Of a stretch of DNA of 64,000 nucleotides, positions 43,403 to 58,519 are shown one piece after another. The notes under the pieces were generated by a model. It did not search any database and was not told the DNA's origin. It saw only the letters and a program-made list of their open reading frames with translations. Numbering within the stretch: the first letter of the stretch is position 1; every line of letters begins with the position of its first letter. Source of the DNA: the human T2T-CHM13v2.0 reference genome, Homo sapiens; assembly GCF_009914755.1 (NCBI RefSeq), contig NC_060943.1; one strand, 5' to 3'. The position numbers and the translations under genes were made by a program.

Positions 43403-44720
43403 CTGGGGGAAGGAGGGAAGGCAAACGGGTCACTGGAGGTTTTACGGCCCCAGCTCTGGCCCTCTGCCTCCCTCTCTCTCATCCCACCGGGGGCTGGGAG
43501 AGGCCAGGGCCTTCCCCCGAGAGTTGGATTGTCATCTGACACACTGTGGACAGTTGTTCTAGCCCAGGTCTTGGGGAACGAAACCTCACTTTACTTTTTC
43601 TAGATCTTCTCCCTTCATCTCTATCTCCCTCTTCTGTCTCTCTGTCTCTCTGTCTTTCTGTGTCTCTCTCCCTCTGTCTTCACCTAAGTCTATATCACTT
43701 GGTCTTCTCTCTCTCTCTTTCTGTCTCTCTGTCTATCTCTCCCTCCTCTTCCCTTCCTCCCTCCTACCCTCATTCTCTGTGTGTCTCTTCCACTCACTCA
43801 CCATCATTTATCCAGTGCCTACTCTGTTCCATCCCTCATTTTCTCTCTGTGAGCTACCATTAAGCTCTATCTCCATTTCCCTGGGCAGAAAGGATAGCCC
43901 ATCTGTCTCCTCTGATCTCCCTACATATCTCCCTATATTTCTTTCTTTCTTTCTTTCTTTTTTTTTTTTTTTTTGAGACAGATCCTCGCTCTGTCACCCA
44001 GGCTGCAGTACAGTGTCGAAATCTTGGCTCTTGTAACCTCCACCTCCCAGGTTCAAGTGATTCTCCTGCCTCAGTTTCCAGAGTAGCTGGGATTACAGTA
44101 GCACCACCACACCCAGCTAATTTTTGTATTTTTAGTAGAGATGGGGGTTTCACCATATCGGCGAGGCTGGTCTCGAACTACTAACCTCAGGTGATCCACC
44201 CGCCTCAGCCTCCCAGAGTGCTGGGATTACAGGCGTGAGCCACCGCACCTAGCCTGATCTCCCTGTATTTCTCTCTGTTTCCTGGTCTCTGGGTCTCTCA
44301 CTTGTTCCCTCACAGACACTCAAACGACTGTTCACCTGGACTAGACTCTGAGCTCAGCATGTGACATGCACCACCTTGCTGTGGGGGAGGCCCTGATACG
44401 ATGCCCACTTCACAGATGAGGAAACTGAGGCCTACCAAGTGAACTGCCCAGCATCACATAGCTCATAAGGAGGAGAGGCTGGATTGAAACCCAGGTCTAC
44501 AAAAAAGGCAAATGCTGACGTCCTATGTTAAAGCCCTTTGCAAGGGGCTAGGCTCATTTAATTCCCAGTAACAGGGTGACATTTTTGCTGCAATTATTCT
44601 TTTTGTTGACAGTTTGTTTCAGGCCCAGGTGAAGACAAAGAGCCTTGAGCTGCTAACTGTGGTCGTCAGGATCCCTCCTGCCCTCCCGGGGACCTCAGGG
44701 GACCATCCTGCCACACATAC

Positions 44721-45058
44721 CCGGACTTTGCCGATCTCATCCTTGTGGATGGAGATGTTGGTGCCGAGGGCAGCCACGGTGACGACTCTCACGTAGGATA
44801 CAGCAGGGTTGCCCCGGTTCTCATTCTTGGTGGTGACAGTGAAGGGTGTCAGGCCCTGGGTGCTGACCCCCAGGCAGCCAGTTGTTGCCAGCACATAGTT
44901 ACAGGTGCCCTGGAAGTCAAACTTCCGGCCATCGAAGGAGTGGTAGTGTGGGTCGCCCCACAGCCAGCACGTGGCCTCATAGTTGGGCAGGCACACGCCC
45001 TGGCCACCCTGCTCCTTGCATGTCTCCTGTGGCCGGCATGTCACGCCGTGGCACGGGT
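44721..45058 (-). CDS. FCGBP: FCGBP exon (copy B), paralog of 28485-28822, GDPH
   Basis: 338 nt. Confidence 0.95.
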
Positions 45059-45197
45059 CTGGGGACAGAAGAGGGAGGAGGACCTTGAGGGGCTGCCCAT
45101 TGTAAAGCATGGCCGCTCCCTCCATATCTACCCAGTCTGTGCCAGGGATCTGAGGGTTACTGCAGGCAAGACCACATTCCAGAGTCCTCATGTCTAG

Positions 45198-45356
<159 letters not shown>

Positions 45357-45359
45357 TGA

Positions 45360-45674
<315 letters not shown>

Positions 45675-47930
45675 TAGAGTTCCCCTACCTCTGAGACTGA
45701 GGCCCTGCCATTTGCTGTGTGAGACTGAGATCCTGGAGTCCACGCACCTAAGACCAAGGCAAAGACCAAGGCTCTGGGTCTGTGTTTAAGGTGCACTTTC
45801 CATGGTGCCCTTGCTTGAGATTTCACCCTGTTCTTGTATTTTAAGTTTTATAGGAACCTCACCGTCTTCACTTACATAGGCTACGGCTGCTTTCACACCA
45901 CAGTGGCAGAGTGAGTAGTTGTGATCCAGAAGGTATAGCCTGCAAGCTTAAACACTTACCATCTAGCCCTTTAGAGAAAAGGTGCACTTGACCCCAGTTG
46001 AGATCTGTGCCCCAGGGGTCCTTGTGTCTGCGATGCCAGCCCTGAGAGCATCCATGTCTGAGATCCCAGCCCCAGGGTTCTCTGTGTTCAAGACCTGGGC
46101 CCCAGGCCAGGTGTGGTGGCTCAGGCCTGTAATCCCAGCACTTTAAGAGGCTGAGGTGGGAGGATAGCTTGAGCCCTGGAGTTTGAGACTAGCCTGGGCA
46201 ACATAGTAAGACCCCATTTCTACAGAAAGATTAATAAATTAGCCAAGCGTGGTGGTGTGTGCCTGTAGTCCCCCACTACTCGGGAGGCTGAGGCGGGAGG
46301 ATTGTTTGAGCCCAGGAAATCGAGGCTGCAGTAAGCTACACTACACTCTAGCCTGGGCCACAGAGTGAGACCTTAGCTCAAAAATAAAAAAAAAAGATCT
46401 AGGTCTCAGGGTACCCCATGCCTGAGACCTCAGCCCCCTGGACATCTCCACATTTGATAGAAATTGGTCTCCAATTTCTCCAGGTCCTGGAGGCCTCTGT
46501 GCCCAAGACTAGGGCCCTGGGGTGATCTTCTGGCAAGAGCCCAGTGCCAGGGTCTCAGCAGGATTTGAAACGTTTGAGACCTTAACTAGGTAAGTCTCAT
46601 GGCCTGGGGTGTCCCTCAGTGCAAGACTCCATCCCTGAGGGTTGCTGTATTCAAGACAGTAGCCTTGAGGGTGTCTCACTGCTGAGGCCCTGTCCTGGAG
46701 GGTTTCTGTGTCTGAGACCCTGTTCGTACAGTTACTACATGTGTGACCCCAGCTTGCGGAACCCCTGTGTGGGAGAGGCCAGCCTTCAAACGTCTCCTTC
46801 CTCCTGTGTCCATTATCAATGTACCGCCTCTCAGCTTCAAATACACCCGCGGAGTTAAGCTTTGTCAACAGAGGGCGCTGGAGAGTCACCACAGGAGGGA
46901 GGGGCTCCTGTTCTGGCTTCTAGCCAGTTTGGTCCTTCCAGCTCTGGCCAGGGTGCGGGGCCACATTCAGCGAGTGCCACTGGCCGCAGCTGGCTTCCCA
47001 GTGAGGGGTTCCCTTCTTGCCAAGTCCAGCCTGCAGAAACCTCTGTGCCACCCAGTGGGCTACAGCTGCAGTGAGACTGGACTCAGCCTTGGGGCTGATT
47101 CTCCCCTCCTTGAAGAGGAGGGGCCAATTTCTCCCTTCCATGAGGCTTTTACCTTAGCCCTAGAGTGGCGGCTACTTCCTGTGTGTGCTTTGGTGGTATT
47201 CTTTAGTGCTCTCTTTACCGTTTCTTATTTATGTTTATTTATTTATTTGTAAAGTCTGGGGGATTCCCACATCAGAGACTATACCCCTAGAAATCCTGAT
47301 CTTCCAGTTAAGAGGGGTCCCCATATCCAATGTCCTGCCTTGGTGAGGTCTCCGTGCGTGAGACTCAGAACTCTGCTCTCTGTCCCTGCCCCTGGGATCC
47401 CAGTCTCTCCCCTGCCCTTTGGTGCTAGTGTCTGAACCCCAAGCCCGATCCCACACATCAGTGTTCCGCTCATGATGGAACCCTAGGCTGCTGCTCTTGT
47501 ATTCTAAAGTCTTACAGGAACCTGACCTCTTCACTTACATAGTCTACGGCTGCTTTCATGCCACAGTGGCAGAGTGAGTAGCTGGAACGAGAACCTACAG
47601 CCTGCGAGCTTAAACATTTACCATGTAGCACATTAGAGCAAAGGCGCGCCTGTCCCTGCCTTATACCGAGGGTCTCTGACATCCACCCTGAGAAAACTAC
47701 CTCTGAGGGTCCCCACAGCCTGGATTTTCCCTAAGGGTCCCTACCTCCCAAAGTAGGTGGCCCTGGCCCTGTGAAACCTGGTCTAGGGTTCCCCAGGTCT
47801 GCAACCTCAATCATTAGTCCTGTGCACCTCCCGCCATGGACACCCCAGTTACACTACCCGCAGCCCCAGAGTCCCCATCCTCCATCCCTAGTCCCATCAG
47901 CCCCAGTCCCAGCCCAGCCCAGCCCAGCAC

Positions 47931-48072
47931 CTTTGGTGACGCAGCTCAGGATGCCTCCGGAGGGCTGGCACACCTGCCCCGGCTTGCAGCTGTGTTCCTG
48001 GCACACCACGACTTTACCCGCATGGCACGTGCACTGCTGCCGACAGTTGTCAATGAGGACTGTCTGCTCCGG
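47931..48072 (-). CDS. FCGBP: FCGBP small exon (copy B), paralog of 32235-32376
   Basis: 142 nt. Confidence 0.9.
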
Positions 48073-48641
48073 CTGTGGGGAGAGAGGGAACGGCCATCAG
48101 GGACACCACGGGTGGGAGCCGACTCTCACATCTCTGGCGTTCTGGCACAGAGGGGTTTGGCAGACATCACAGACAAGGGACATCTCTCAGCAGGATGGCC
48201 CGTTGTCTGTGAAGCTGAGGCACAGCATGGCTTTGGGGCCATCATTCATTGGTTCATTCACTTTTCTTCATTTACTCATTCATTCCAAAATATCCACTCA
48301 ACGTCTGCTGTAGGAGAAATGGTGTGACACAGTAACTAAGGGCAGATCGCCTGGGCTTGAAGCCCGTTTCTGCTGTTTCCAAAGTGTGTGACTCTGGGCA
48401 GTTCCTTCACCTCTTTATGGCTCAGTTTCATGATCTGCAGATTGCAGATGATAGTAGTGCCTGCCTTTGGAAATATAACTGAGTTATATTCAGATAATAA
48501 CCAAGTTATATTCAGACATGTAAAATTCAGATAAAATGAAAAGGGTAGGCCGGGCGCGGTGGCACATGCTTGTAATCCCAGCACTTTGGGAAGCCGAGGC
48601 GGGTGGATCACGAGGTCAGAAGATTGAGACCATCCTGGCTA

Positions 48642-48983
<342 letters not shown>

Positions 48984-50277
48984 TTAATTTTTGCATGTTT
49001 GAACGTTTTCAGAATAAAAAGTTTTTAGATATGTAATGCATATATAAAAATATGCACACATAGCACTTAAAACGGTACCAGATACATAGTAAGCACTATC
49101 TACACATTTTCTGTTATTATTAATATTATTTATGTGAGGAGAACAACAGAGAGAGGGTTCCACCCCTAGGAGAGCTCACAGTCCCCAAGGGAGATGGACA
49201 TTAGACAAACACATGCTCCAGTCAAAGAAAAAGGACCAACGGGGACAGAGTGGGAGAGGGAAGTAGAGGGTGTTAGCAGCTGGTATAACACATGAAAATC
49301 TTGTCTTTGTGGTCAGAAAGGCTCCCTTCGTCCAGACCTGGAAGGCAAAGCCACAACTTGACCTGGGGAGTCAGGGGAGGGTTTAAAGCTTCAGAGCCCG
49401 TGGTCATATTTAGAAAGCTCTTTACCACTGCCACGTGGAGGGTGGACCAGAGGGAGCAAAGGTAGGAGCTGGGAGGGACCCAGGTGGGAGAGGACCAGCT
49501 GGACCAAGGGAGGGCCATGGGGACGGGGAAAGGAGTGGGTACAAGAGACACTGAAGAGACTGAGTGGACTAGCTGTGGTGGCTCACGCCTGTAATGCTCG
49601 CACTTTGGGAGGCCAAGGCAGGAGGATCACTTGAAGTCAGGAGTTCGAGAGCAGCCTGGCCAATATGGCAAAACTCCACCTCTACCAAAATACAAAAAAT
49701 TAACCGAGTGTGGTGGCACGTGCCTGTACTCCTAGCTACTCGGGAGGCTGAGACAAGAGAATTGCTTCAACCTGGGATGCTGAGGTTGCAGTGAGCTTGA
49801 ACCCGAGAGGCAGAGGTTGCACTCCAGCCTGGGCAACAGAGCAAGACTATATCTTTAAAAAAAAAAAAAAAAAAGAGGCTCAGTGGGTCGGGCATGGTGG
49901 CTCATGCCATTAATCCCAGCACTTTGGGTGGCCAAGGCGGGACGATGGCTTGAGGCCTGGAGTTCACGACCAGCCTGAGCAACATAGTGAGACGCCCCCA
50001 TCTCTATGTGTCCACAGGAAAATTAAAAATTCGCTGGGCTTGGTGGTGCGCACCTATAGTCCCAGGTACTTGGGAGGTGAGGTGAAGGATTGCTTGAGCC
50101 AAGGAATTTGGGGCTGCAGTGAACTATGATGGTACCACTGCACTCCAGTCTGGGTGACAAGAGTGAGACCCTGACTCTAAAAGAAATAAATAAGAGGCTA
50201 AGTAGACAGGCCGTGGGGCTGATGAGCAGTGGGAGGGGTGAGACCCCATATTCTGCCCCAGATGACTAGGTTCCTAC

Positions 50278-50477
50278 CTCATAGTAGGCACCATTGTGGT
50301 AGCAGCCACATTGCTGGATGGGCACGCAGGCTTGGCCGTTGTAGAGGAAGCCGGAGTCACACTGGCAGCCCTCAGCACACCCATCTGGGCACTGCAGAGG
50401 GGCACTGAGAGCCGAGCAGCCCAGGGAGCAGGTGTCCGCACAGAGCTCGTAGTGACTGTTCTGAGGGCATTCCATGG
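50278..50477 (-). CDS. FCGBP: FCGBP TIL exon (copy B)
   Basis: 200 nt. Confidence 0.95.
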
Positions 50478-50595
50478 CTGCAAGGAGGGGGTGCCGATCA
50501 GAGCCCTGGGGAGGGAGGGGCTGCAAGGCCCAGGGTCTACCCCTTCTGTGCCTCAAGCTCTCCCCTCCCTGCCCCTCCGGCTCTCCCTCACTCAC

Positions 50596-51190
50596 GACAG
50601 AAAGTTTCATTCCTCCAGGGCTCCACCTGGCCTCCAGCCGCCTGGCAAGCACTCACGTAGGCATGGATGTTGCTGCAGAGAATGCTCAGGTTCCCACCAC
50701 CCAGGCAGAGATCAAAGATGCAATCTTTCAAGGGACCCTGGGGATCCACCAGCTTGTGGCAGGAGGACAGTGGCCCTGTGGGGCTGGAGAGGAGCCCACA
50801 GAACTCCTCCTTCTGATACTTCTTCTCCAGCTCGGGAGGACACTCCTCGCTGGGGATACAGCCCTCGTTCCCCGGCGGGCAGGTGGGCGGCGGCAGGCAG
50901 GGAGAGTCGGGCACCACCTCCTCCCAGGAGTTGCCGAACTCATTGGCGTTGCCTGCCTGCGAGCCATTGGGCTTCTGGAAGTCATCCTTGGGGTCGCCGT
51001 TGTAGTTCCCACACAGGCCACACATCAGCTGGTAGTAGTTTCCAGGGACGGTGACCCGCACATAGTACACAAGGTCGTAGGTCACACGCAGGCCGAAGTC
51101 GGTCTCAATCACAACATCTGAACCATGCTGGGAGGCACGGATCTGGCCGTTGGCCAGCACCACGGGCAGCTTCATGTCCACACCGTTCAC
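50596..51190 (-). CDS. FCGBP: FCGBP exon (copy B), paralog of 34903-35497
   Basis: 595 nt. Confidence 0.95.
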
Positions 51191-52360
51191 CTGGGAGGGG
51201 AAGAGAGGCAGGCCACGCTTCAGAAAGTATACTTTGAGTGAGGGTGGGACCCTAGTTCAAGCCCATGCCTGATGCTGATCTTTGTGACCTCACCCCTTAG
51301 GCCCTCAGTTTCCTATTTATTAAATGGATATAATAACAGGGCCTGATAGTAGATTGAATGGTGGTCCCCAAAAGACATATTCACCCAGAATCCCATAGCG
51401 TGAGCTTACTCGGAATAAAGTTCTTTGCAGATGTAATCAGGGTAATAATCTCAACATGAGATTATCCTGGATTAAATTGGGCCTTAAATCCAATGACTAG
51501 TATCCTTATAAGAGCCAGAAAGAAAAAGGCAAAGAGACACACAGAAAAGGCTACATGAAGATGAAGGCAGGGATTAGAATGGTGTTGTCACAAGCCCAGA
51601 GAACCTGGAGTCTGCAGAGCTGGAAAGGGAAAGGAAGATCCCCCAACCAGTGTCTTTGGAGGGGGTGCAGCCCTGCCCACACCTTGATGTTGAACTTCTG
51701 GCACCCAGGACTGTGGAACATACATTTCTAGTGTTTTAAGCCACCAAGCTCGTGGTAATTTGTTATGGCAGCCATGGGAAACGAATACAGGTCTCGATGA
51801 AGTAACAAGCCTCCAGCTATCCTTTGTTTACCGCTTGCTGCAGCCATTAATAAGCAATGATCGCCCCCGGAGCCACTTGCCCGAGTTCAAACAGTTTCCC
51901 CCTTACCCTCTTTGTGACCTTGGGCAAGTGAGTCACCTCTCCCTGTTTCTGTTTCCTCATCTATCAAGTGGGAATAAGGCGTTTGCCCCATGGAACTGTT
52001 GTCAGGATCACATAAATTAGTATCTGTAAAGTGCTGAGAAACGTGGCTGGCATAGCATGCATGCTTCAGGAGCATTTGCTGTTATTAGCAGCTATGAGTG
52101 GAGGTTTTTCTTCTGAAGAGTAAACAGAACCACAGGTTTTTGCTTTAAAGCATCAGCGAGTGGAAAGTTAGGCTAAATTCTTGGGGAAATGAACTTAAAC
52201 CTATGAGCTGAGGACCAGTGGTTTCAGTTAAAGATTTACTAGGCTCCAACAAAGCCTGGTAAATCCACCCCTGGACAGGGCACAGTGGCTCATGTCTATA
52301 ATCCCAGCACTTTGAGAGGCCAAGGCGGGAAGATCACTTGAGCCCAGGAGTTCAAGGTCA

Positions 52361-52591
<231 letters not shown>

Positions 52592-53037
52592 TTAACATGC
52601 TTTCTTACCCTTCCTTATCACAGACAGTGCACACCGGATTCTTTTGGAAATGTGAAGAATCAGAGGAGAAGGCAGGAGAAAGACATGCTCCTGGCTGAGT
52701 CTCCTAAAAAGATGGTCAACTGCCACACTTCCCAAGCAGGGCTGGGCGGTGGGTAAGGGCAACTGACTTAGCCTTGCCTCAGTTTCCTCAGCTGTAAACT
52801 GCGGGGTAATAAGAGCTCCCACATCTGTAGGGAAGCTGGGGGTTTCAGTAAGAAGCAACTAACAAGAACATCAACAACTCCTGTGTATTTAGGCGCTGTA
52901 TGTCAGGGGCTATTCTAGGAGCTTGGGAAACATTAGGGAATATATTCAATTAAGTCCTGCATGTCGGCCGGGCACAGTGGCTCATGCCTCTATTCCCAGC
53001 ACTTTGGGAGGCTGAGGCCGGCAGATCACTGAGCTCA

Positions 53038-53285
<248 letters not shown>

Positions 53286-54082
53286 TTAAGTCAGTAATTG
53301 ATCAGCACCTTCGCCAATACTGCCACTAGAAAAACAGCTGCGTGTCTGTTTCAGTGGGATCTCAGGGGAAACCCCTCCACTGTAACTCAGATGCCAGTCT
53401 CCACATGAGACCAAATCTTCTCAGTAAGAAAAGCACTGCAGAGCAGCACGGGGTTCAAGCTCCACCTTTGCTGGGGGACTATGGGCCAGTGATGGGCCAT
53501 CCCACTCTGAAAAATAAAGCAAGTCATAGTGCCTGCAGTCCCTGTTGCAAGCATACAGACACCATGGACGTGAAGTGCCTGGCAGCCAAAAGGTGTGCAG
53601 TCAGCTGTATAGAAACTATAGCTGCTGTTGTTGTTGTTAAGGCGGTGAGAGTGGCACCCACAGATTGTCCTCTGTCCATGAAGCTTCTCCAAACTCGGAC
53701 TTTCTCAACCTCTGATGGCACCACGTCCTGCCAATAAGTGGCAGACTAGGGAGGTGAGTAGGGCAGAATCCAGGACTGAGGTGGAGAGAGGATGGAGTGG
53801 GAGGGAGGAGAGGGTGGGAGAAATTTGGAGAGAAAAGTCAATGCATGGAGGTAAAGAGAGGGTGGAGACTGAGGGACAGAGATGGGGGAGCAGCTCCCAA
53901 GTCCCTGATGACACCTCCCTCATTGGCTTCCCACTCGGTTCTGACTGGCATCTTCTGTCCTCAGAGACCCCAGGCCTCGCACATGCACTCTCATCTCTTG
54001 TGCCCCCAACTCCTGGGCTGAGCGCTGCCTGTGCCCCACCTACCCACAGGCCCCTCGCCCCCTGCTCCCCATCTGCTCTCAC

Positions 54083-54675
54083 CGTGACCTTCCACTGTCT
54101 CTGCTCCAGCCGCAGGGTGAAGTTTGCCACCTGGACCGTGATCACCCTGGTCACACTGACTCGCCCATTACCCCAGGCCACGTTCTCCTGCAGGACGGCA
54201 AACCGATGTAGGCCAGGCCGGGTGCCGCAGGTCTGAGCCAGCACATACACGCAGGTGCCCATGAAGTCGAAGCGGCGGCCATCGAAGGTGGTGTAGTGGG
54301 GATCTCCCGACGCCTGGCAGGTGGTAGAGCCCACGGCCACGCAGCCCAAGCTGCCACCGGATGGCCGGCAGGTCTCATGCGGGCCGCAGCTGGAGGGCTC
54401 ACAGGACACCTCACCGCCCTCCCGGCAGCGGCAAAGGGAATCACACCCAGGGCCAGGGTAGAAGGTCTGGCCCAGTGGGTAGTAGCGGTCATCGTGGAGG
54501 CAGCCACACTGGCCCACAGGTACACACGTGTCACCACTGAGCACGAAGCCAGCATCGCAGACACAGCCTTCACGGCAGGCCGACTCACAGCCCTCGGGTG
54601 CCGACAGGCTCGGGCAGCTCCCAGGACAGGAGTCACCGCAGAGCTCGTAGTGGCTGTGGGCAGGGCACTGGAAGG
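54083..54675 (-). CDS. FCGBP: FCGBP exon (B/C junction), paralog of 38391-38983, GDPH
   Basis: 593 nt. Confidence 0.95.
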
Positions 54676-56244
54676 CTGTGGGGACAAGGTGGGCATCAGC
54701 CAGGTAGGTGTTTGAGTCGCAGTCTTGGGAGGCCCTGAGTGGGAAAACTGCTCAGGCCAACTTGGGCGTCTCTGGGTAGGCACATGTGATCCAGGACATC
54801 TAACTGGGGGACTCAGCGTGGGACCTGGAATGGGAGGGGACATGCCCAGGTCTCTCTGACCAAATATTTCTGAAGATCAAATGACTCTGCTTGGCTGATT
54901 TTTTTTTTTTTTTTTTTTGAGACAGGCTCTCACTCTATCTCACCCAGGCTGGAGTGCAGAGGCGCAATCACAGCTCGCTGCAGCCTCCACCTAAACCTCA
55001 AGCAATCCTCTGGCCTCAGCCTCCCGATTAGCTGGGACTACAGGAGTAAGCCACCACATCTGGCTGATTTATTATTATTTTGTGTAGAGATGGGGTCTCA
55101 CTATGTAAGCCAGGCTTACCTGGGTGAAATGGATCACTTATATCTATTCGGGGTATGCAGGATCAGAACTGACTATGGGCATCTCAGCGTGTGAATGTGA
55201 CTGGGGTGTGGGGCCACATGTATCTCAGGGTATGGCTCTGCCTGAGGGCACCCAGCTGTGGGTGTCTGACATGCAGCATCTCCCAGAGTCCTTCTGACAT
55301 GGTCTGCCTAAGGCTGTGCCTGGGTGAAGTTGGCAGGATACCTGTGACCAGGAGACCTGCCTGAAGGGAACCGCCTAGGACTGTCTAACTATGCATCTGT
55401 GTGGATCTGCCCAAGGCTATGCCAGGATCCTGTTTCTTTCTGAGTGTATCTGACCAGTCAGTATAAAATTTAAGCAGATATCACTGAAGGTATGTGACTA
55501 ATTCCATGTGACTAGGTGTATTTCAGTGTGTGCAACAGACCTGGGCCCTCTGACCAGCTGAAACTCACTAGGTCTTCCTAACAAGGGGTACTTTGCTATG
55601 TGACAGAGGCAGGGTCAGCCATCCCAATCTACATGCCTTGGATACCTGAAAGCATGGATCACCAATCCCTAAGAGTGTCCTGGACCCCAGGTTTCTTTTC
55701 TTTCTTTTTTTTTTTCTGTTGTTTGTTGTTTGTTTGTTTTTTGTTTTGGAGATGGAATCTCTGTCACCCAGGCTGAAGGGCAGTGGCACGATCTCGGCTC
55801 ACTGCAACCTCTGCCTCCTGGGTTCAAGTGATTCTCCTGCCTCAGCCTCCTGAGTAGCTGAGATTACAGGTGCCCGCCACCACGCCCGGATAATTTTTGT
55901 AGTTTTAGTAGAGGTGGGGTTTCACCATGTTGGCCGGGCTAGTCTCGACCTCCTGACCTCAGGTGATCCGCCCGCCTCGGCCTCCCAAATTGCTGGGATT
56001 ACAGGCGTGAGCCACCGCGCCCACACTCTGACTAGGTGTTTCTAACGGACTCTCTCTCACTGCAGTACCTGACTTGGGGCATTTCAGTGTGTCAGTGCCA
56101 AGGTGTTTCCTGACAGTAGATACCGAGCTCGGGAAGGAAGGTGGCCCCTCAGCCTCATGGAGGAGGAAGGGGCTGCTGTCCTACAGTCCTGGGAAGGGCA
56201 GGGAGAGACCCTACTATGTGGACCATGCATGGAGCAGTACTCAC

Positions 56245-56788
56245 GACAGAAGTCCGGCCGCCTCCACTCGCGGAGCTGGGCCCCAGCGGCCTGACAGGCT
56301 GCCACGTAGGTGGCCACTGCAGGACAGAGGCCTCCAGGATGGCCCTGAACTTGGCAGGCGTCCAGCAAGCAGCCCTGGAAGTACTGCGCGGGCGGCACAA
56401 GGCCGTGGCAGGGCGCCAGCGGGCCGTCGGTGGCGGAGATCACGCCGCAGGCGTCCGGGCCGCCGAAGGACTCTTGCTGCTCTGGGGTGCACGGCGACGG
56501 GCATGGCTTGGACACACATTCCCCGCAGCCCTGGGCGCCGCCCACCTGCCATCCGGCGGGCTTCCCGCCCACCGCCTTCAGGTCGTCTGCGGGGTCCTGG
56601 TTGTAGTTCCCGCATAAGCCACAGAGAGAGCCCGCGTACGCCGCCGGCACGCGCAGGCGCACGAAGCTGTCCCCGTCGAAAGCCAGCGAGAGCCCTGAGG
56701 TTGTGGTCACCACCACGTCGGCGCCGCTCAGGTGTGCGTGCAGGAGCGAGTCCAGCTGGAAGGGCAGAGTGACGAACACGCCGTCCAC
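56245..56788 (-). CDS. FCGBP: FCGBP exon (copy C), paralog of 24312-24855
   Basis: 544 nt. Confidence 0.95.
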
Positions 56789-57512
56789 CTGTGGGCAGTG
56801 GGGGAGCGGTGAACGGAGCAAACACGGGTTTGAATCCTGGCCCCACTACCTACTAGCTGTGGGACCCAGAGCATGTCACCTCCCGCTGAAAATAATAATG
56901 AGCATCTATAGGCCGGGCCTGGTGGCAAAGCCTGCAATCCCAGGACTTTGGAAGGCCGAGATGGGAGGATCGCTTGACGCCAGAAGTTCAGATCAGCCTG
57001 GGCAACATAGTGAGACCCCCATCTCTACAAAAAAATGAAAAATTAGCCAGCGTGGTGGCGTGTGCCTTTAGTCACAGATACTTGGGAGGTGGAGACCAAG
57101 GCGGGAGGATCGATTCAGCCCACGAGTTCCAGGCTGCAGTGAGCCCTAATCCTGTCACTGCACTCCAGCCTGGGCAACAGAGTCAGGCTAAGAAAAGAAA
57201 GAAAGAAAGAAAGAAAAGCAAGAAAGAAAAAAAGAAAAGAAAAACAAAGAGCCTCTACTGGCTCATGTCACTGACTCCTTATCCTTCTCGAAAACAGGTA
57301 CTTTTCCTAGACCAGTTTACAGAGGAATACACTAGGCTCACAGAGGAAGAAGCTGCTGTGCCAAGCCGTCAGGCTCCTAGGCGTACACTCTGACCCTTCC
57401 ATCATGCCCCAGCTAAGCTGTGAAAGGTGCCCAGGGGAATGGTGAAGCCCTTACCATCTCAGGCAACCCCAGAGCTGGCACTTGCTCCTGTCTGGCCCAC
57501 AGCCCTCCTCAC

Positions 57513-58129
57513 CTGTAGCTTCCGGGGCCAGCGGGCACTCAGTGTCAGGCTGTGGTTGTAGATTTGCAGGGTGACACTGCGGGTGTAGCTGACAGCCTGG
57601 CTGCCCCGGTGCTCATTGGCTACAGTGACAGTGAAGTTCTCAGCCCCCAAGGGTGGTCCGTGGCAGGGTGCACTCAGCAGGTACTCGCAGGTGCCTTGGA
57701 AATCGAATCGGTGCCCATCCAGAGTGACGTAATGGGGGTCACCCCACGCCTGGCACTCAGCTGTGCTGACGGGCTGGCAGCCGTGCTGGCCGGATGGCAG
57801 GAGGCCACACACTTCACCCAGCCCACAGCTGGCAGGTGTGCAGACCAGCGAGCCACCCCCAGGCCCGCAGCGACACCACTGGGAGCAGGTGCCATCAGCC
57901 CAAAACTCACTGCCCGCCTCGTGGTAGGTGCCATTGGCCCAGCAGCCGCAGCCGTTGTTGAGGGGAACACAGCGGTCAGCACTTAACACGAAACCCGCGT
58001 CGCACTGGCAGCCCTCCACACAGGGGCCCTCACATACGGCTGGCGTCGTAAGGGGTGCAGGGGACGGACAGCTGGCCGGGCAGGGTGGGCCACAGACCTC
58101 ATAGTGGCTGTTTTCTGGGCAGGTGATCT
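57513..58129 (-). CDS. FCGBP: FCGBP exon (copy C), paralog of 25582-26198, GDPH
   Basis: 617 nt. Confidence 0.95.
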
Positions 58130-58519
58130 CTGTGGGCAGATGAAGGAGCAGGAAGGAGAGAAACAGAAAGAAGGGTGTTAGGGGTGGGGTCCCAGAACAG
58201 GGTGGGAGGAGACAGAGAGAGACACTAGGGAGCAGACAGAGAAAGGGGGAGACAGAAAACAAGACACAGAGAGAGGACACAGAGAAATGGGAGAGGGCGA
58301 GACACCAGGAGACCCAAGCAGAAACTGAGGGAGCTAGAGAATGAGAAACAGACAGATAGAGACAAGCAAAGCGAGGCCCAGAGACGAGCACCAAGAAACA
58401 GAGAGACAAACAGAGAAAAAAGAAAACAAAGAGACCCAGAAGGACCAGAGTGAAACCAAACCAGCCCCGAAGAGACGGGACCCCGCCCCCAGCCCCGCCT
58501 CTGCTCCCCCAACACTCAC

